From Chiloscyllium plagiosum (taxonomy: Eukaryota): a stretch of 64,000 nucleotides of DNA. The notes below the pieces were generated by a model that saw only the letters and a program-made list of their open reading frames with translations, was not told where the DNA came from and did not search any database. Location of the stretch: positions 3,504,785 through 3,568,784 of the forward strand of contig NC_057756.1 of assembly GCF_004010195.1 (NCBI RefSeq), given 5' to 3'. A program made the translations under genes and the position numbers. Numbering within the stretch: the first letter of the stretch is position 1; each line of letters starts with the position of its first letter. Shown piece after piece: positions 38,750 through 51,668 of this stretch.

Positions 38750-41700
38750 GTAAGTTTGTTCAATTTGCATACTTCGTACTTTCGAAGATCAGTTTGACTT
38801 ATTAATTGAAATGTATTGCCACATTTAGCTTGTTCTGTTTGATTTGTTTCCATGATTTTACAAAGTTAATATTTCGAAACGTTCCTATTAATTGTAGTAT
38901 TTGAACATGAAGCTTCATGATTTGAATCCGTTTTCTTTAATTTTACTTCCATACATTCCATTCATCGGACATTGTTTCTCATGGGCAAGCATTCTCAAAT
39001 GATGAACATTTCAATTCCAAGTTTGTCAATGAGGTGAAGGCTTTCATTTTGTAAAAAAGATATACATTGTCTACAATTACATTAACAGCAACCCTAGATG
39101 AAGATCCACAAGATAAAATGCTTTATTCTTCGCGTATATCAGAATTTGAGGCTCACAAACTTATTGAGTCCTTCTCACTTGCTCAGTGAATAAAGTGGAT
39201 CTGCAAGCACTGTGGCTCATGACGCAGTCAAATGGCACATTGTTGATTTTGTTTCCATTGTCGAAACATTAAACTTGAGGTTCATGTCAGAGATGATCAT
39301 ATATTTGAATGCTCTCTCAAACAATTTTCATAAGTTTGCGTGCATAGCAACTTCACGTGTACTTTGAAGTACTATGTAGCAATACATCACTGTTGCAAAA
39401 TTAATAAAACAACGATCTATTTGCCACTACCAGGAAACTCATTAAGACTCTGATATGTGTAAACATTACTGAACATAGTTTCATACAGATCTTTTTTTTA
39501 CATGCATTTATCAAGTTGCATCGGGAACAAATAGTTAGAAATAGTTACCGTGCAACTGCATTGCATGACAATTCTTCTGCAACTTTATGTACACAACAAA
39601 TTCATAAAGTTTCATTTGCATCATAGAACTGAAATAACTAGTCAAAACGATCGCCTCTTCGATGCATACTTAACCTTTAATCTTGTATGGACAAACGGTT
39701 GTAATTTAGAAGAAGAAACTAACGAATTTACAATCATTCCTTCTCGTTAACTTGAAATGCTATCACTGGCCATGTTGCCAGAAATATGTGGCAGGCATTA
39801 TTAAAAGTAATCAGGGTCTGAAATGTTTCGTAGCTTGTTTTTGCTTTCATCAAAATGACATATTATTCTTCAACAGTCAAGGAACAATGAGGATGAGAAC
39901 TCACATCAGTATTCTCAGTTCTATAATGCATATGATCTGCGAAAGAGACCGGATAAATGCAGATATTAGTCACAAATTCACCGGAAAGGAAACATGAAAA
40001 AGTTGGGCAGATATGCAAATGCGTGACAGATGCATTCAATTGGGGAAAATACAAATGCCCAATGGTACAACTATGCAGGAAGTGCAGGAGCAGAGAACCT
40101 TGGTTAGATGTGCTTAATTTCTCAATTGAACAAGAAAGAAGGCAACATTAGGTTTGTGCACTTCTAGGTATGATACTTGCAAAAAAATAGTTGATACAAT
40201 TGTTAGAAAGGCTTAAGGGGTAATTGTGATTATAAATGCAAGCATACATTATGAAATAAAGTGAAGCTACACCTCTACACATCACTGGTCAAAACACATT
40301 TGGAGTATTAAGTTCAGATTTGGGCAGTTTATTCAGTGAGGAATGTTGAGGAATTGGACAAAGTGCAAACGTGAACAAACAAAAATGCAGGAATATGGAT
40401 TTTTCATAATAGGAACGGAGCGAGTAAATCGAGGTTTTATCATTGGATTAAATTGAGTCCTTATTGAGGTGTAAAGACGGAAGAACAACTTGTCAGCGTG
40501 AAGAGGATAAACTATTTCCACTGTTTGGCTTGCCAGTAAACATAATTTACAATTTCACGAATGTCAGCAAAACCACTGGCAGTTAAATTGAGTAAATATA
40601 AAATACTTTGCTCAGTGAGCCGTTAGGATTTATAATATACCCACCTCCTTCTGTGTTGATAAGTTATACAATTCTATGATTTAAAATGTGAAAATAACAC
40701 AGTCCTTGCAACAAGGCAGAAGTCTTGCAGAATGAAATGATATTTCAACACACGGTCTTCAGTTTCCTCTGTTGCCTCTCAGAGGAGATAGAAAGTAAAT
40801 GAATGCGCACGCGAGACAGAAAAAACAGTTGAGTGACAGAGATATTAATAGAGGGAGAGAGGGAGGAGTAAAGATTGAGAGAAAACTAGATAAATTGTTA
40901 CACCAATTTTGAAGCTTCAGTTATGATTTCATCTCCAAAAATTATTAAACCATGAGATTCAGAAACTATTCTTGTACCGAAAATGTAATGTTTATATTTT
41001 TGGTACTGATCTTTTGAAATGTTTTTTCATCGTAGTTTTCCAGCAAAATCTCACAAAAATACCGTTACTTAATCATTTTGTTATTGCCTTGAACTGCCTA
41101 GATTTTCACTCATTTATTGAGCTGACAGTGATCCATGAGTACAGTTATGTGTTTCACTTACCAGATAATCATTCATGGAAATCGTCCGATGGATTATCTG
41201 GAAAGATTTCTTGAAAATCGTATTTTCCATGAAACTTTGTACCCTGTGTTGCTAACTTCAGTGTCTTTAGAAAAAGAAGACCAATAAATTTAGAAATTCG
41301 CTGCTGAATTCTGATGAAACAATATAAGAAATATAACTTTTTTTATGTTTTATAGCATATTTGTTTTGAAGATCACCCTTTCGTTGTGCCCATTTTGCCT
41401 TTTGTTTCCTGGTTCTGAATTCTGTCTTTAGAATTGACAAGTTGCGAGAATTTGTTTTAATGCTTTTCTCTCTAACAACAAGTGTATATTATTGTTCCAG
41501 GCATCTACTCTGAATTATCTACTGCACTTGTGTTACGCACATATCTCTAACATTTAGAATCTAATCATTAGAATTAGTGTTGTTGCAGTGCTAGTTGTTT
41601 TTGACCAAAGCAATTTTTTACAGAAAAGTTATCTTGCAGCGCTGGTCTCTATCAAACTGATAAGGAATTTGCACCAAAAACGTCCCCATCTGTCTTTGCA

Positions 41701-44059
41701 GTTTGACGAACCAGTCTGCTGTTCGAATTTGTATCACACTTTGCATTAATATCTTCAACGTATCAAGGACAGACAAGTGCATAAGATGGACATCCCCACC
41801 AAACTTCGTGAGTCATAACCTGCAAACATTTTTTAAAAATGTTTTATTTGGCATACTCAATTTAACTTCGATCAGTATGTCTCAATAATGACAGACATGT
41901 GAAGAGCAAAACAAAATAAAACATGTACAGGTCACTCAGATTCGCGAAAAATAAATTGATGATGGAAAGCAAGTCAATCAGAATTGATTTCAAAAGCTGT
42001 ACTTTATTCACAGAAACAAAAACATGAAATGGTTCAGTGTTCGAAACGCAGAACAAAAATAACAATGGTTAATGGACAGGCTATGAAAGAGAGTAACTGA
42101 CACGAATATGTTTTAGATTGATGATTCAATTACATGATAGTGTTGGGAAACTGATGGAATTAAAGTCTAATAAAATACCCGTATCATAAGTATATATCTG
42201 AGTAGAGAAGGGCATGGTCGGAGAATGTATTCGTCCATTCTTTGTCAGTTTTCCTACTCTATAGACTCTGGCATAGTTTATTTTGACTGGAGTGTAACTA
42301 ATGTAACTCCACTATTGAAACTAAGTTTGTAAATATAAGACAAGAACATCTAGGCCTTGGTAAGCAGGGTACCAGCAGCTCCAGAAGTTCATTTGGATAG
42401 TTTTTCCCTTGCACTTGAAATACAGCTATCGGATCAGAAAAATTCACCAGGTTTTACAAAAGTGAAATTCTGCTAATGCTTTATAAGTTTGTATCATTGA
42501 ATAAATAATTGCACGAAATATTAAGAGCAACTATTTATGTTTAATTTACATGAACTTTAAAAAGAAGTTTGATTAGCATGTGCGACATAAACACATGTAA
42601 TTGAATGTTGTGCAATGACATGAGTAGAACATTTGTTAGGAAAATGCAGGACCGTCTGTTTAAACTTTCCATTTGAGGTCCCTTACTAATAGGTTACCGC
42701 AGCGCCTGGACACAGTGCACAGTCTGAAGACAGCACTTGGAACATTGACTTTCATCGGAATAGTATTTAAAAAGGGAAGAGATGGTGTTTTCCGAGTGCT
42801 CTGGTCTAAAACATATTCAAATAAACTTTGACATTATCGGAGCTACTGATATCCTGCGAAACAAGTCTCTATATTCTTTTGTTTCTCTATTTGCAAAAAA
42901 GGCATGCTTGACACTTCACTTGGAACATTCTAAAGGATTTTCAAAGACGAGGCTGAGCCCTGTGTTCAATAGCAACATTTGAATGCTTTTTGCAAGCATT
43001 TCCAGGGATGGCGATCTGGTAGATGTCATTGACAAAATGATGAAAAACAGCACAGGCAGGTGAAGTGTTTCTGAAAGTAAATTACAACAAAGTAGGAAGA
43101 ACATTAAATGTAGGACATAAAGCTTAAAAATATCAGCGTTACTCACAATGCCATTTTGCTGAAAGAATAATTGTTTATTAATTAATTCCATTACATGGAG
43201 GTCCAACTGCAGAAGGAGGGAGTGCTTCTGATTTCAGAATAATCGAGACCGGATCTGGGCAGCTCATGTCTGAATATGCTGGACTATTTATAGCTTCATT
43301 GGGCAACGAGTATAATCATAATAAAATGAAGTGTTGGAAAGTAAGCAAGCGTTAAAGTTAGCTGTGATGCAATGCTGTGGGAAATTCTTTATTGCTGTGC
43401 ATAAGAAAGTGCACATGGACATCCCATTGTATTTGTTTGCTTGCTTACCACCAAGTTTATAGACGGTAAGAACGACACAACGACTATTTTATGTAACATC
43501 CTGTTCATGATTCAAGGCATTTGTTCACTTGCATGCCTCTGGAATGTCTTTTACACTTACATACATTTCAAATGTTCCATTCTGAAGCGGGGACTTTTTA
43601 TTTCATATTAACCATCCTGGAATCTGAGGTACAGTCAGACTTATGGCAAAATGAAATACTTCAGTTCAACGAAAATATCATACTATTTTATCTACAGACC
43701 CATAACTCATGCTGTCACCATCAATCCAAAGGTCCTAGAAAATGACATCATTTGTGCACTGTCGAATATTCATTGATGTGCTGTGATGTATTCCATTCAC
43801 AAGTATGAGCAGGCATTGTGAATGAAGGATATGTTTTGCCAAAAGTTAAATATTTGATAAAATCCAGTATACATGGTCGTTTGCATAACAGGTGACATTC
43901 AGTTAGCATCGTGGTGTTCTGCTATTCTTAAAATCTAATGTTAATACTGAAGATTGTTCAGGACCTTAACGAAGACCAGAAATTAGTCATTAGAAATGTT
44001 GGCTTAGGTCAATGGCAATTCAATGTTTGTATAATAGCTGAATGAGGTGACAATCGCAC

Positions 44060-47000
44060 AGAAGGAACATGGTGGGGGATTCAATAGTTAGAAAGATTGA
44101 CAGGAGATTTTGTGGTCAGGAACGGGAGTCCCGAAAGTTATGTTGCGACCCTGGTCCCAGGATCTGGGATGTTCTGAATTTGGTTTACAAGATTCTATTC
44201 GGCGACGGTGACCTGCCAGAAATCATATTGGCACCAATAATGTAGCCAGGAAAGGGATTGAGGATCTGAAATGTGATTACAGAGAGCTTGGTTGGAAGCT
44301 GAAGAGGAGGACGAGTAGAGTAGTGTTCTCAGGTTTGCTACCAGTGCCACGAGATAATGAGGTAAGGAACAGGCAGCGAGTGTAGCTTAACACGTGGCTG
44401 CGCAGCTGGTAGATTACGGAGGGCTTCAGATACTTAGAACATGGGGATGCCTTCTGGGGAACGTGGGACGTGTACATGAAGGATGGGCACAAATGTCCTG
44501 GATGGGAGACTTGCTTGTGTGGTCCGGGAGGGTTTAAATTTGTTTGGTGGTGTGGTGTAGGGGTGGGGGGGGGGGAGGCACAGATACCTATCTACGACGA
44601 GATTGGATTTGGGAAGTAACAGGTTTAACTGAATTTATCAGGAAGCTTATTCATTTAATGCAACAAAGGGATCGATTAAGTGTGTCTGCTTTAACGCAAA
44701 GACTTATCGAAAAAAGAGCGATGAACTTTGAGGATGGATCAGTACTTGGGACTATGATGTTGAGGCCATAACGGAGGTGTGGGTTTCACAGGGGCAGGAA
44801 GGATTGCAAGATGTTCCAGGGTTTAGTATGTTTAAAAAGGTCAGAGAGGGTGGAAAAAGAGGAGCGGGTGTAGCATTGCTAACCAGAGGTTGCATCACTG
44901 CTACAGAAACGAAGTTTGTTGAAGAAGGTTGTCTACTGAGTCAGTATGGTTGGAAGTTAGGAAAAACGAGGGAGCAGCCACCTTATTAGGAGGCTTCTAC
45001 AGACCCACTGATAGCAGTAGGGAGATTGAGGAATTCATTGGCTGGCAGATTTTGGAAACATGCAGATGTAGCAACCTTGTTCTTTTGGGTGACTTAACTT
45101 TTCGAATATTAAATGAATCCTCCTTAGTGCAGATGGTTTGGATGAAGCCGTTTTGGTCAGGCGTGCTCAGGATGGTCTCCCTTACTCAGAGGAAGACAAG
45201 GGTAGAGGGTATTTTGGATTTAGTGCTCGGCAATGAGCCAGGACAGGTGTCAGATCTTGCAGTGGAAGAGCACTTTGGTGTCAGTGACCACAACTGATTT
45301 GACTTTACCATAGCCTTGGAGAGGGAAAGGAGCTGTTACCAAGAGAAGGTATTTAGTTGGGGTAAAGGAATTTATGAAGCTATCAGACAGGAGTTGAGAC
45401 GTACAGATTTAGAGCAATTATTCCACAGCAAGGGCATAACAGACATGTGGAGACTGTTTAAGGAGCAGTTGTTGCGCATGATATGCACATTTGTTCCTAT
45501 GTGACAGACAAGAAGGGATAAGCTTAAGGAGCCTTGGAGCATGAGAAAAGAGACCTCTCGTCAAAAGGATGAATGCAGCTTGCGTAAGGTGGAGGAAGCA
45601 AGGATCTAGCACAGTTTTAAATGTTTACAGTCTTACGAGAATGGAGCTCAGAAATGGACTGAGGAGAGCCAGGAGGGGGAACGAAAAACGTTTGGCAGGA
45701 AGCATTAGGGAGAACCCAAAGGCATTTTATTCTTACGTGAGGAATAACAGAATGATCAGGGCGAAGTTAGGGGCGAAAAATGTGTTGCTGGAAAAGCGCA
45801 GCAGGTCAGGCAGCATCAAAGGATCAGGAGAATCGACGTTTTGGGCATAAGCCCTTCTTCAGGAATCAGGCTTATGCCCGATACGTCGATTCTCCTGCTC
45901 CTTTGATGCTGCCTGACCTGCTGCGCTTTTCCAGCAACACATTTTTCAGCTCTGATCTCCAGCATCTGCAATCCTCACTTTCTCCTAGAAGGTAGGGCTG
46001 GTCAAGGATGGAGTAGAGAACTTCTGCATTGAACCTGAGCAGAAGGGAAAAGCCCTAAATGAGCTTTTCGTTTCGGTTTCACGAAGGAAAGGGACCTTGT
46101 TGTGAATGAGAACTTTGAGGATCTGGGAAACAGGCTTGAACAGATCAAGATTGATGAAGTTGATGTGATCGAAATTTTGACAAACAATAAGATTGATAAG
46201 TCCCCAGGGCCAGACCAACTTTATAATAATTTGCTCTGGGAAGCAAGAAAGGTGTTTGTTCAGTCGCTGACGAAAGTTCTTGCTTCCTCGCTTTACACGG
46301 GAGTCATACTGGGAGATTGGAAAGAGTGAATATTGTTCCCCGTTTCAAGAAGGGGAAGAGGTACTTTGCAGGAAATTATAGACATTCAGTCTTACGTTTG
46401 TGATCAGCAAGGTTTTGGAAAGAATTCTCAGGAGTAGGATTTATGACAATTTGGAAACGTATAGCGTGATTAAAGGCAGTCTTCATGGCTTTTTAAGGGG
46501 CAGGTCATGCCTCAAAAATCTTATTGAGTTCTTTGAGGAGGTTACGACATAGGTCGACGAAGGTTGACCAGTGGATGTGGACTTCAGCAAGGCATTTGAT
46601 AAGGTACCACGTGGTAGGCTCATATATAAAATCAGGAGGTATGGGATGCAGGGAGATTTGGCTGTGTGGATTCAGAATTGATTGGCTGAAAGAAGGCAGA
46701 AAGTGGTTGTATCTTGTAAGTATATCTGCCTGAATGTCAGCGGTGACTGGTGTCCTGCAGGGCTTTGTCTTGGCCTCTGCTCTTTGTCGTTTTGATAACG
46801 GACTTGATATGGAGGTTGAGGGGTTGGTTAGTAAATTTGCCGATGCCATAAAGGTTGGATGAGCCGTTGATTGCATCGAGGGCTATTGTCGGCTGCAGCG
46901 CGACATAGACATGATGCAGAGCTGGGCTGAGAAATGGCAGATGGAGTTCCACCTGTATAAATGCAAGTGATGCATTTTGCAAACTCGAACTTGAATGCTG

Positions 47001-47585
47001 AATATAAGATTAAAGAGTGTATTCTTGGCAGTGTGGACGAACAGAGGGATCTTGTTGCTCAATGCATAGATCCATTAAATTTGCTGCCCAAGTGGTTAGG
47101 TTTGTAAAGGAATCATACAGTGTTTTGGCTTTAATTCTCAGGGAGCCGTGAGGTTTTGCTGCAGTTCTACAAGACCCTGGTGAGACCACACTTGGAATAT
47201 TGTGTCCATCTCTTGTCGCTCTATTATTAGAAAGATACAGAGGCTTTAGAGAGGATGGAAAGAAAGGCTACTTGTGTGCTGCCTGGACTGGAGAGCTTGT
47301 CTTACGAAGAGAGGTTGACTCAGCTCGGATTTTTCTCATTGAGGAGAATGAGGAAGAGAGGTGACATAATCGAGGTACACAAAGAAATGAGAGGCATGGA
47401 TAGAGTCAATACCCAGAGACCTTTCCCCCGGGCAGGATTGACTGGCACGTGGGGTCATAGTTTTAAGATAATAGGAGGAAGATATAGATGAGACGTCAGA
47501 GGTATGTTCTTTACGCAGAGTTGTAAATGAATGTAATGCATTGCCAACGGTGGTGGTAGATGTAAAGTCATTAGGGACGGTTTTG
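44060..47585 (+). mobile_element. Long disrupted CR1 LINE (ORF1 esterase part, ORF2 endonuclease + RT)
   Basis: GDSIVR and HIGTNN (ORF1); GGFYRP, ILDLVLGNEPG, SDHN, KSPGPD, DFSKAFDKVP, SKFADA (ORF2). Many stops and frameshifts. Confidence 0.92.
45773..45987. mobile_element. Short fold-back Penelope-derived insertion inside CR1
   Basis: Near-perfect inverted arms gaaaaatgtgttgctggaaaagcgcagcagg... / ...cctgctgcgcttttccagcaacacatttttc. Flanking direct repeat gaag(t/g)taggg at 45763-45772 and 45988-45997. Confidence 0.88.
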
Positions 47586-48109
47586 CAATTTGTCAGAACC
47601 GCTCTTGAAAGGATAGAAGTTTTGTAAATAATGAAGAACAGTTTTGCTAGTTCACACACTATCTTTTTTCAAAACCTGGGATCTACGTTACCAGGGCTGG
47701 TAAACTTGTCAACCTTTAGCCCCATTATATTCTCTAACACTCTCTCTTTGTTAACAATGATCACTCTAGGTACTCACCTGCCACATCCTACTTATTATTA
47801 ATCATTGGCAAGTTATTTATGTCTTCCACTGTGAGGAATGACACAAAATACATGTTCAAAGCCTCGGACAATTCCTCATTTCCCATTCTGAAATCCCACT
47901 TCTCATGATGATATTTTCCAATGTTACTCTTAACCATGCTTTTTTGCTTGACGCATTTGAAGAAATGTTGGCAGTCTGTTTTCATGTTCTGAGCGACTTG
48001 ACTCTCATAATCCATTTTTATTTTGTTATGAATCAGACAAGACACGCTCAATATATTTTGTGAATTCAGCCTAGATCCGAACTTTTGTATTCATTACAAA
48101 GTATTGATA

Positions 48110-48420
48110 ATTTGGAATAGGCCATTTGGTCCAACAAGTCCACGATGATCCTTCAAAGAGTAGCCCTCCCCGATCCATTACCCTAGCCTATTACTCTGAA
48201 TTTCCCCAGACTAATGCACTTGACCCTATGTGCAACTTAGTATGGCCATTTCACCCAGTGTGCACTTCTTTAGATTATGGGAGGAAACCAGAGCACCCGA
48301 ATAAACAAAACCCATGCAGACTAGGGGAGAATGTGCAATCTCCACATAAGCAGATGCCCGAATCTAGAATCGAACCCGGGCGCTCTAATGCAGCATTGAT
48401 AACTGTTGAGCCACCATGAT
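48110..48420 (-). mobile_element. HE1-type SINE
   Basis: Reverse complement reads atggtggctcaacagttatc (A box), ggttcgattct (B box), ttgcacattctcccc..ggtttcctccca. Confidence 0.85.
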
Positions 48421-48460
48421 GACTCAAATTTAAAAGCAGATATGAAGTAAACAAGCCAGA

Positions 48461-48927
48461 TGTGATGTGGCTGGTCAAACCGAACGTATTTAACGACTTC
48501 ACTTGACTCACATATAAAAGGAAAACGAATTTAAATTTACTTTACTATTAGGAAACATAACTGATCCGGTACAGTAGTACAACCAAGGAATTGTTCCAGT
48601 CCATTAACATCCCAGAAGCACACTCCTTAACAAAAAGATAAATTAAAACACAAGTTATTTCAGGTAGGATGGAATAACGTTCAAAGAGATTCCGGAATGA
48701 CAGTAAGTCAGGAATCATTTGATACAGCTTGCAATCTTCCTGAGCTCTTGTGACTGGCAAAGCTAAAAGAAACGAGAGAGAAAAAATAAAACTGAACTTG
48801 CAAAACTGATAACTGCCCTTCCAATGTTAAACTACGTTCTTTCAATGCCCCTCAGGACGACTGCCTTTAGGAGCTCTCGTTACAATAAAGACAAAATAAC
48901 ATCGTTAAAGAGACAACATCGGCACAC
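48461..48927. mobile_element. Solo LTR related to the LTR of the gypsy element at 3266
   Basis: Starts TGTGATG and ends near ...CACA. Shares ttgttcca(a/g)tccattaacatccca and aaaaagataaatt with 3397-3450. Confidence 0.7.
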
Positions 48928-49417
48928 ATTCCTTTTGAGCTTTTTAGTGACTTTCTGTTGACCTTGAAAGATATATCACTCTCTTAGTTTGCCATGAATC
49001 TTTGATACGTTGCATGTTTACTTTCAATTTGTTACTTTCTTTTATTTGCTCAGTTATCTATAGCTGAATGCCATTTTCCACTACGTCTTCCTTTTCACAG
49101 TGATACACTATACCTTTGCACTGTTCGTAAAATCTCCAACTTTTTTTTGCATTGTTTTCACCTGTCCAATCATGTTTCCTTAACTCCAGTCTATATTAGG
49201 CACTCCTCCCTCATCCCGTTGTCGTAATCATTGACTAAACACAAGACAGCCATATTGCATTTTGACTTTTCAAACTCCACCAGCATTTTAAATTCAATTA
49301 TATTGTGTTTGCTCCTCTGAAAGGATCCCTCACTGTGAGACGAACAATTATTTTTGTATCATTACACAGAGCAAGATCTATGATAGCTTGCTCCGTCATG
49401 GGTTCCATTACATCCTG

Positions 49418-49629
49418 AAAAATGTGTTGCTGGAAAAGCGCAGCAGGTCAGGCAGATCCAAGGAGCAGGAGAATCGACGTTTCGGGCATAAGCCCTTTTA
49501 CAGATTCCTGAAGAAGGGTTTATGCCCGAAACGTCGATTCTCCTGCTCCTTGGACGCTGCCTGACCTGCTGCGCTTTTCCAGCAACACATGTTTCAGCTC
49601 TGATCTCCAGCATCTGCAGTCCTCACTTT
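49418..49629. mobile_element. Short fold-back Penelope-derived insertion, same family as 45773
   Basis: Inverted arms; hammerhead core CTGAAGAagggtttatgcccGAAAcgtc at 49508-49535; flanking direct repeat ttccattacatcctg at 49403-49417 and 49630-49644. Confidence 0.9.
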
Positions 49630-50334
49630 TTCCATTACATCCTGTTTGATGAAACTATCGCAGGTACTTTCTATGATCTGCTCCTCAGGTTTGCCTTAAC
49701 TATGCGCAGAGATACACAGACCCCATGATAATTGCATACTAATTTGCATGCATGAATTATTTATTTGGCTATTTACCACCCCACCAGGGTCATTTTATTT
49801 TTGTAGCCTATACACGACGCTTATCAGTGATATTTTCCCAACTAAATACTTCTGTTTTCCATCCATATAAATTCAACTTTTTTTATAGAACCTACTTTAA
49901 CTCTCACTACCACTCTTAAGGCATGCTTAAACATCAGAGCTACATTATCTCAATTTCATTCTCTTTGTCCTTCCTAAAATCTGATGTCCCATGACATTTA
50001 CATCCTGTTCATGACCACCTCAAAGTCATGTCTAAATAAGAGCCATGGAATGGTACACATCAACATTTTTTTGCACTGATAATACATTTTAACATATTTC
50101 AAACGTTGCAGGCATTCAAGTAAAGTTCATTAAGAACAGTTTGGAACCTTTCCTGTTCTATCATAAGACCTGTAATAGATTCACGTTTCCAGAAACATTC
50201 TCATTTTTGTCGCTTCCTGATATCAACTCATCTCATTCCTCCTCTGTTCAATGGATTCTTGGTTTTTTTTTTAACGTCGTATCATAATTTTCTTTTTCCT
50301 TAGAACCTCACTAACTCTCTACCGATCTCCTTAG

Positions 50335-51370
50335 ACCTGGAAAAGAAATTTAAAGAGGGTTGAATGGCAATAACTTTTTTCAAAGTTTGAAGCGGTTGGT
50401 CTGGCAGAAACAATTACCAGGTATGTGGAGGTTTTGTATCGTGATCGTTTTGCCGTCGACCGCATCAATGGTGTCTGGTCAAACAATTTTAATATTTTTA
50501 TTATGGAAAGTCGACAGGGCTGTCCCTTGTCACCACTTGGGAGGATATCTGGAAAAATGCAAGAGGAACTCGATTTGCAACAGTACTCATACCTTGCAAT
50601 TGAAGATTCTCCTCAAGTTACATCTGGCCCCAGACCACCTCCCTACGTTTAAAGCAGGAGCATCTCCAGTGTTACCTAAATGTAAAGTGACTATAGTCAC
50701 GTTTTCTTATCGTCTTTGGTCCTGCCACAGACAGGGGTGATGTGGTAGGCGAAATAGAGAAGGCCTTTGGAATGTAGCTGGAGATGGAACCGGTATCTAT
50801 TGTCCTTGGCTTTGTTAATTCACTTTCACGAGATGCACATAAAAAAGGTTTTTCAGTATCGACACTTTTAGTGCCAGAAAAACCTTCTATTCGGATGGAT
50901 GTTTGTAAATCCAACGTGGCTGGTGGGCTGGCATAAACTAATCATGGAGGAAATTCCTTTGGAATTGGTTAGGAGTAGGGTGCACGATATAACTGAGAAT
51001 TACGATAAGATGTAGCAGCCCTTTATGCACTGTCTCAGTAGAGATATGTCCGCCATACTAATGAGAGCCTTTATATACCCATGAAAATTCCTTGTAATGG
51101 ATATGATATCCAGATGGAAGCAACTACAAACATATAAATATGTAGAGACGTATACATTGAATGATAGAGGGCTATTGCTTTGTTTTGCTGAGCTGTGTGA
51201 TGGTTATTATCACGGTTATCATTGTTAAGATTTTCCGTTTTTGCTTAGGTACTAGTTATTACTTATTTATATAATTGATGGGTTTGCCTTTTTAATATTG
51301 GTTTGAATTGTTTGGTTTTGTATTGGATGTAAAATTCAAAACTTTTCTTTTTTAAGCAATAGTGTGTTTA
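50335..51370 (+). mobile_element. L1-clade LINE fragment, internally deleted
   Basis: ESRQGCPLSPL RT motif in ORF 50425-50652, followed by C-terminal remnants and a T-rich 3'UTR. Confidence 0.65.
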
Positions 51371-51668
51371 AAAATATTAACCTAATTCTCATTAACAAAG
51401 CTAAACTATGAGCTAGTCAGGAAAGTAATTTAAACAGGTTATTCAATTAGATTTTTTTTTAAAAACTAGTTTTACTCACCGCTCATACAACAAGTCACTT
51501 AACAGTTTGGCGCATATGTCAATCAGGCCTCTCAATAAAACTTCTTTCTCCTTTATTATTTCCCAAATCTCTGCCCTCCAACCGGCTTCAAGTCAAGCCT
51601 CCAGTCCCTCCTCTATAAGAAATCTGTCTTCTTCGTCGAGAAGGACTAAAATAAGGGAACCATTCCTG

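Larger units (their letters stand above)
35320..41240 (+). repeat. Old segmental duplication, copy B (paralogous to 6700-13030)
   Basis: See copy A. Copy B lacks the equivalent of ~8400-10490 (a Penelope fragment sits there) and has extra sequence at ~40260-41000. Confidence 0.85.
47650..51650 (-). mobile_element. Old CR1 LINE remnant, split by a SINE, a solo LTR, a fold-back PLE and an L1-like fragment
   Basis: KIKMDYESQVAQNMKTDCQHFFKCVKQK...EALNMYFVSFLTVED (47788-48051). 49320-50300 parallels the 13500-14300 remnant. Confidence 0.65.

Noticed and set aside
40783..40794. Strong acceptor with a 12-nt segment and gtaaat donor
   Set aside because: Weak donor, no paralog support and a purine-rich low-complexity context.
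41624..41644. ttttttacag|21 nt|gtctct
   Set aside because: The donor is far from consensus.
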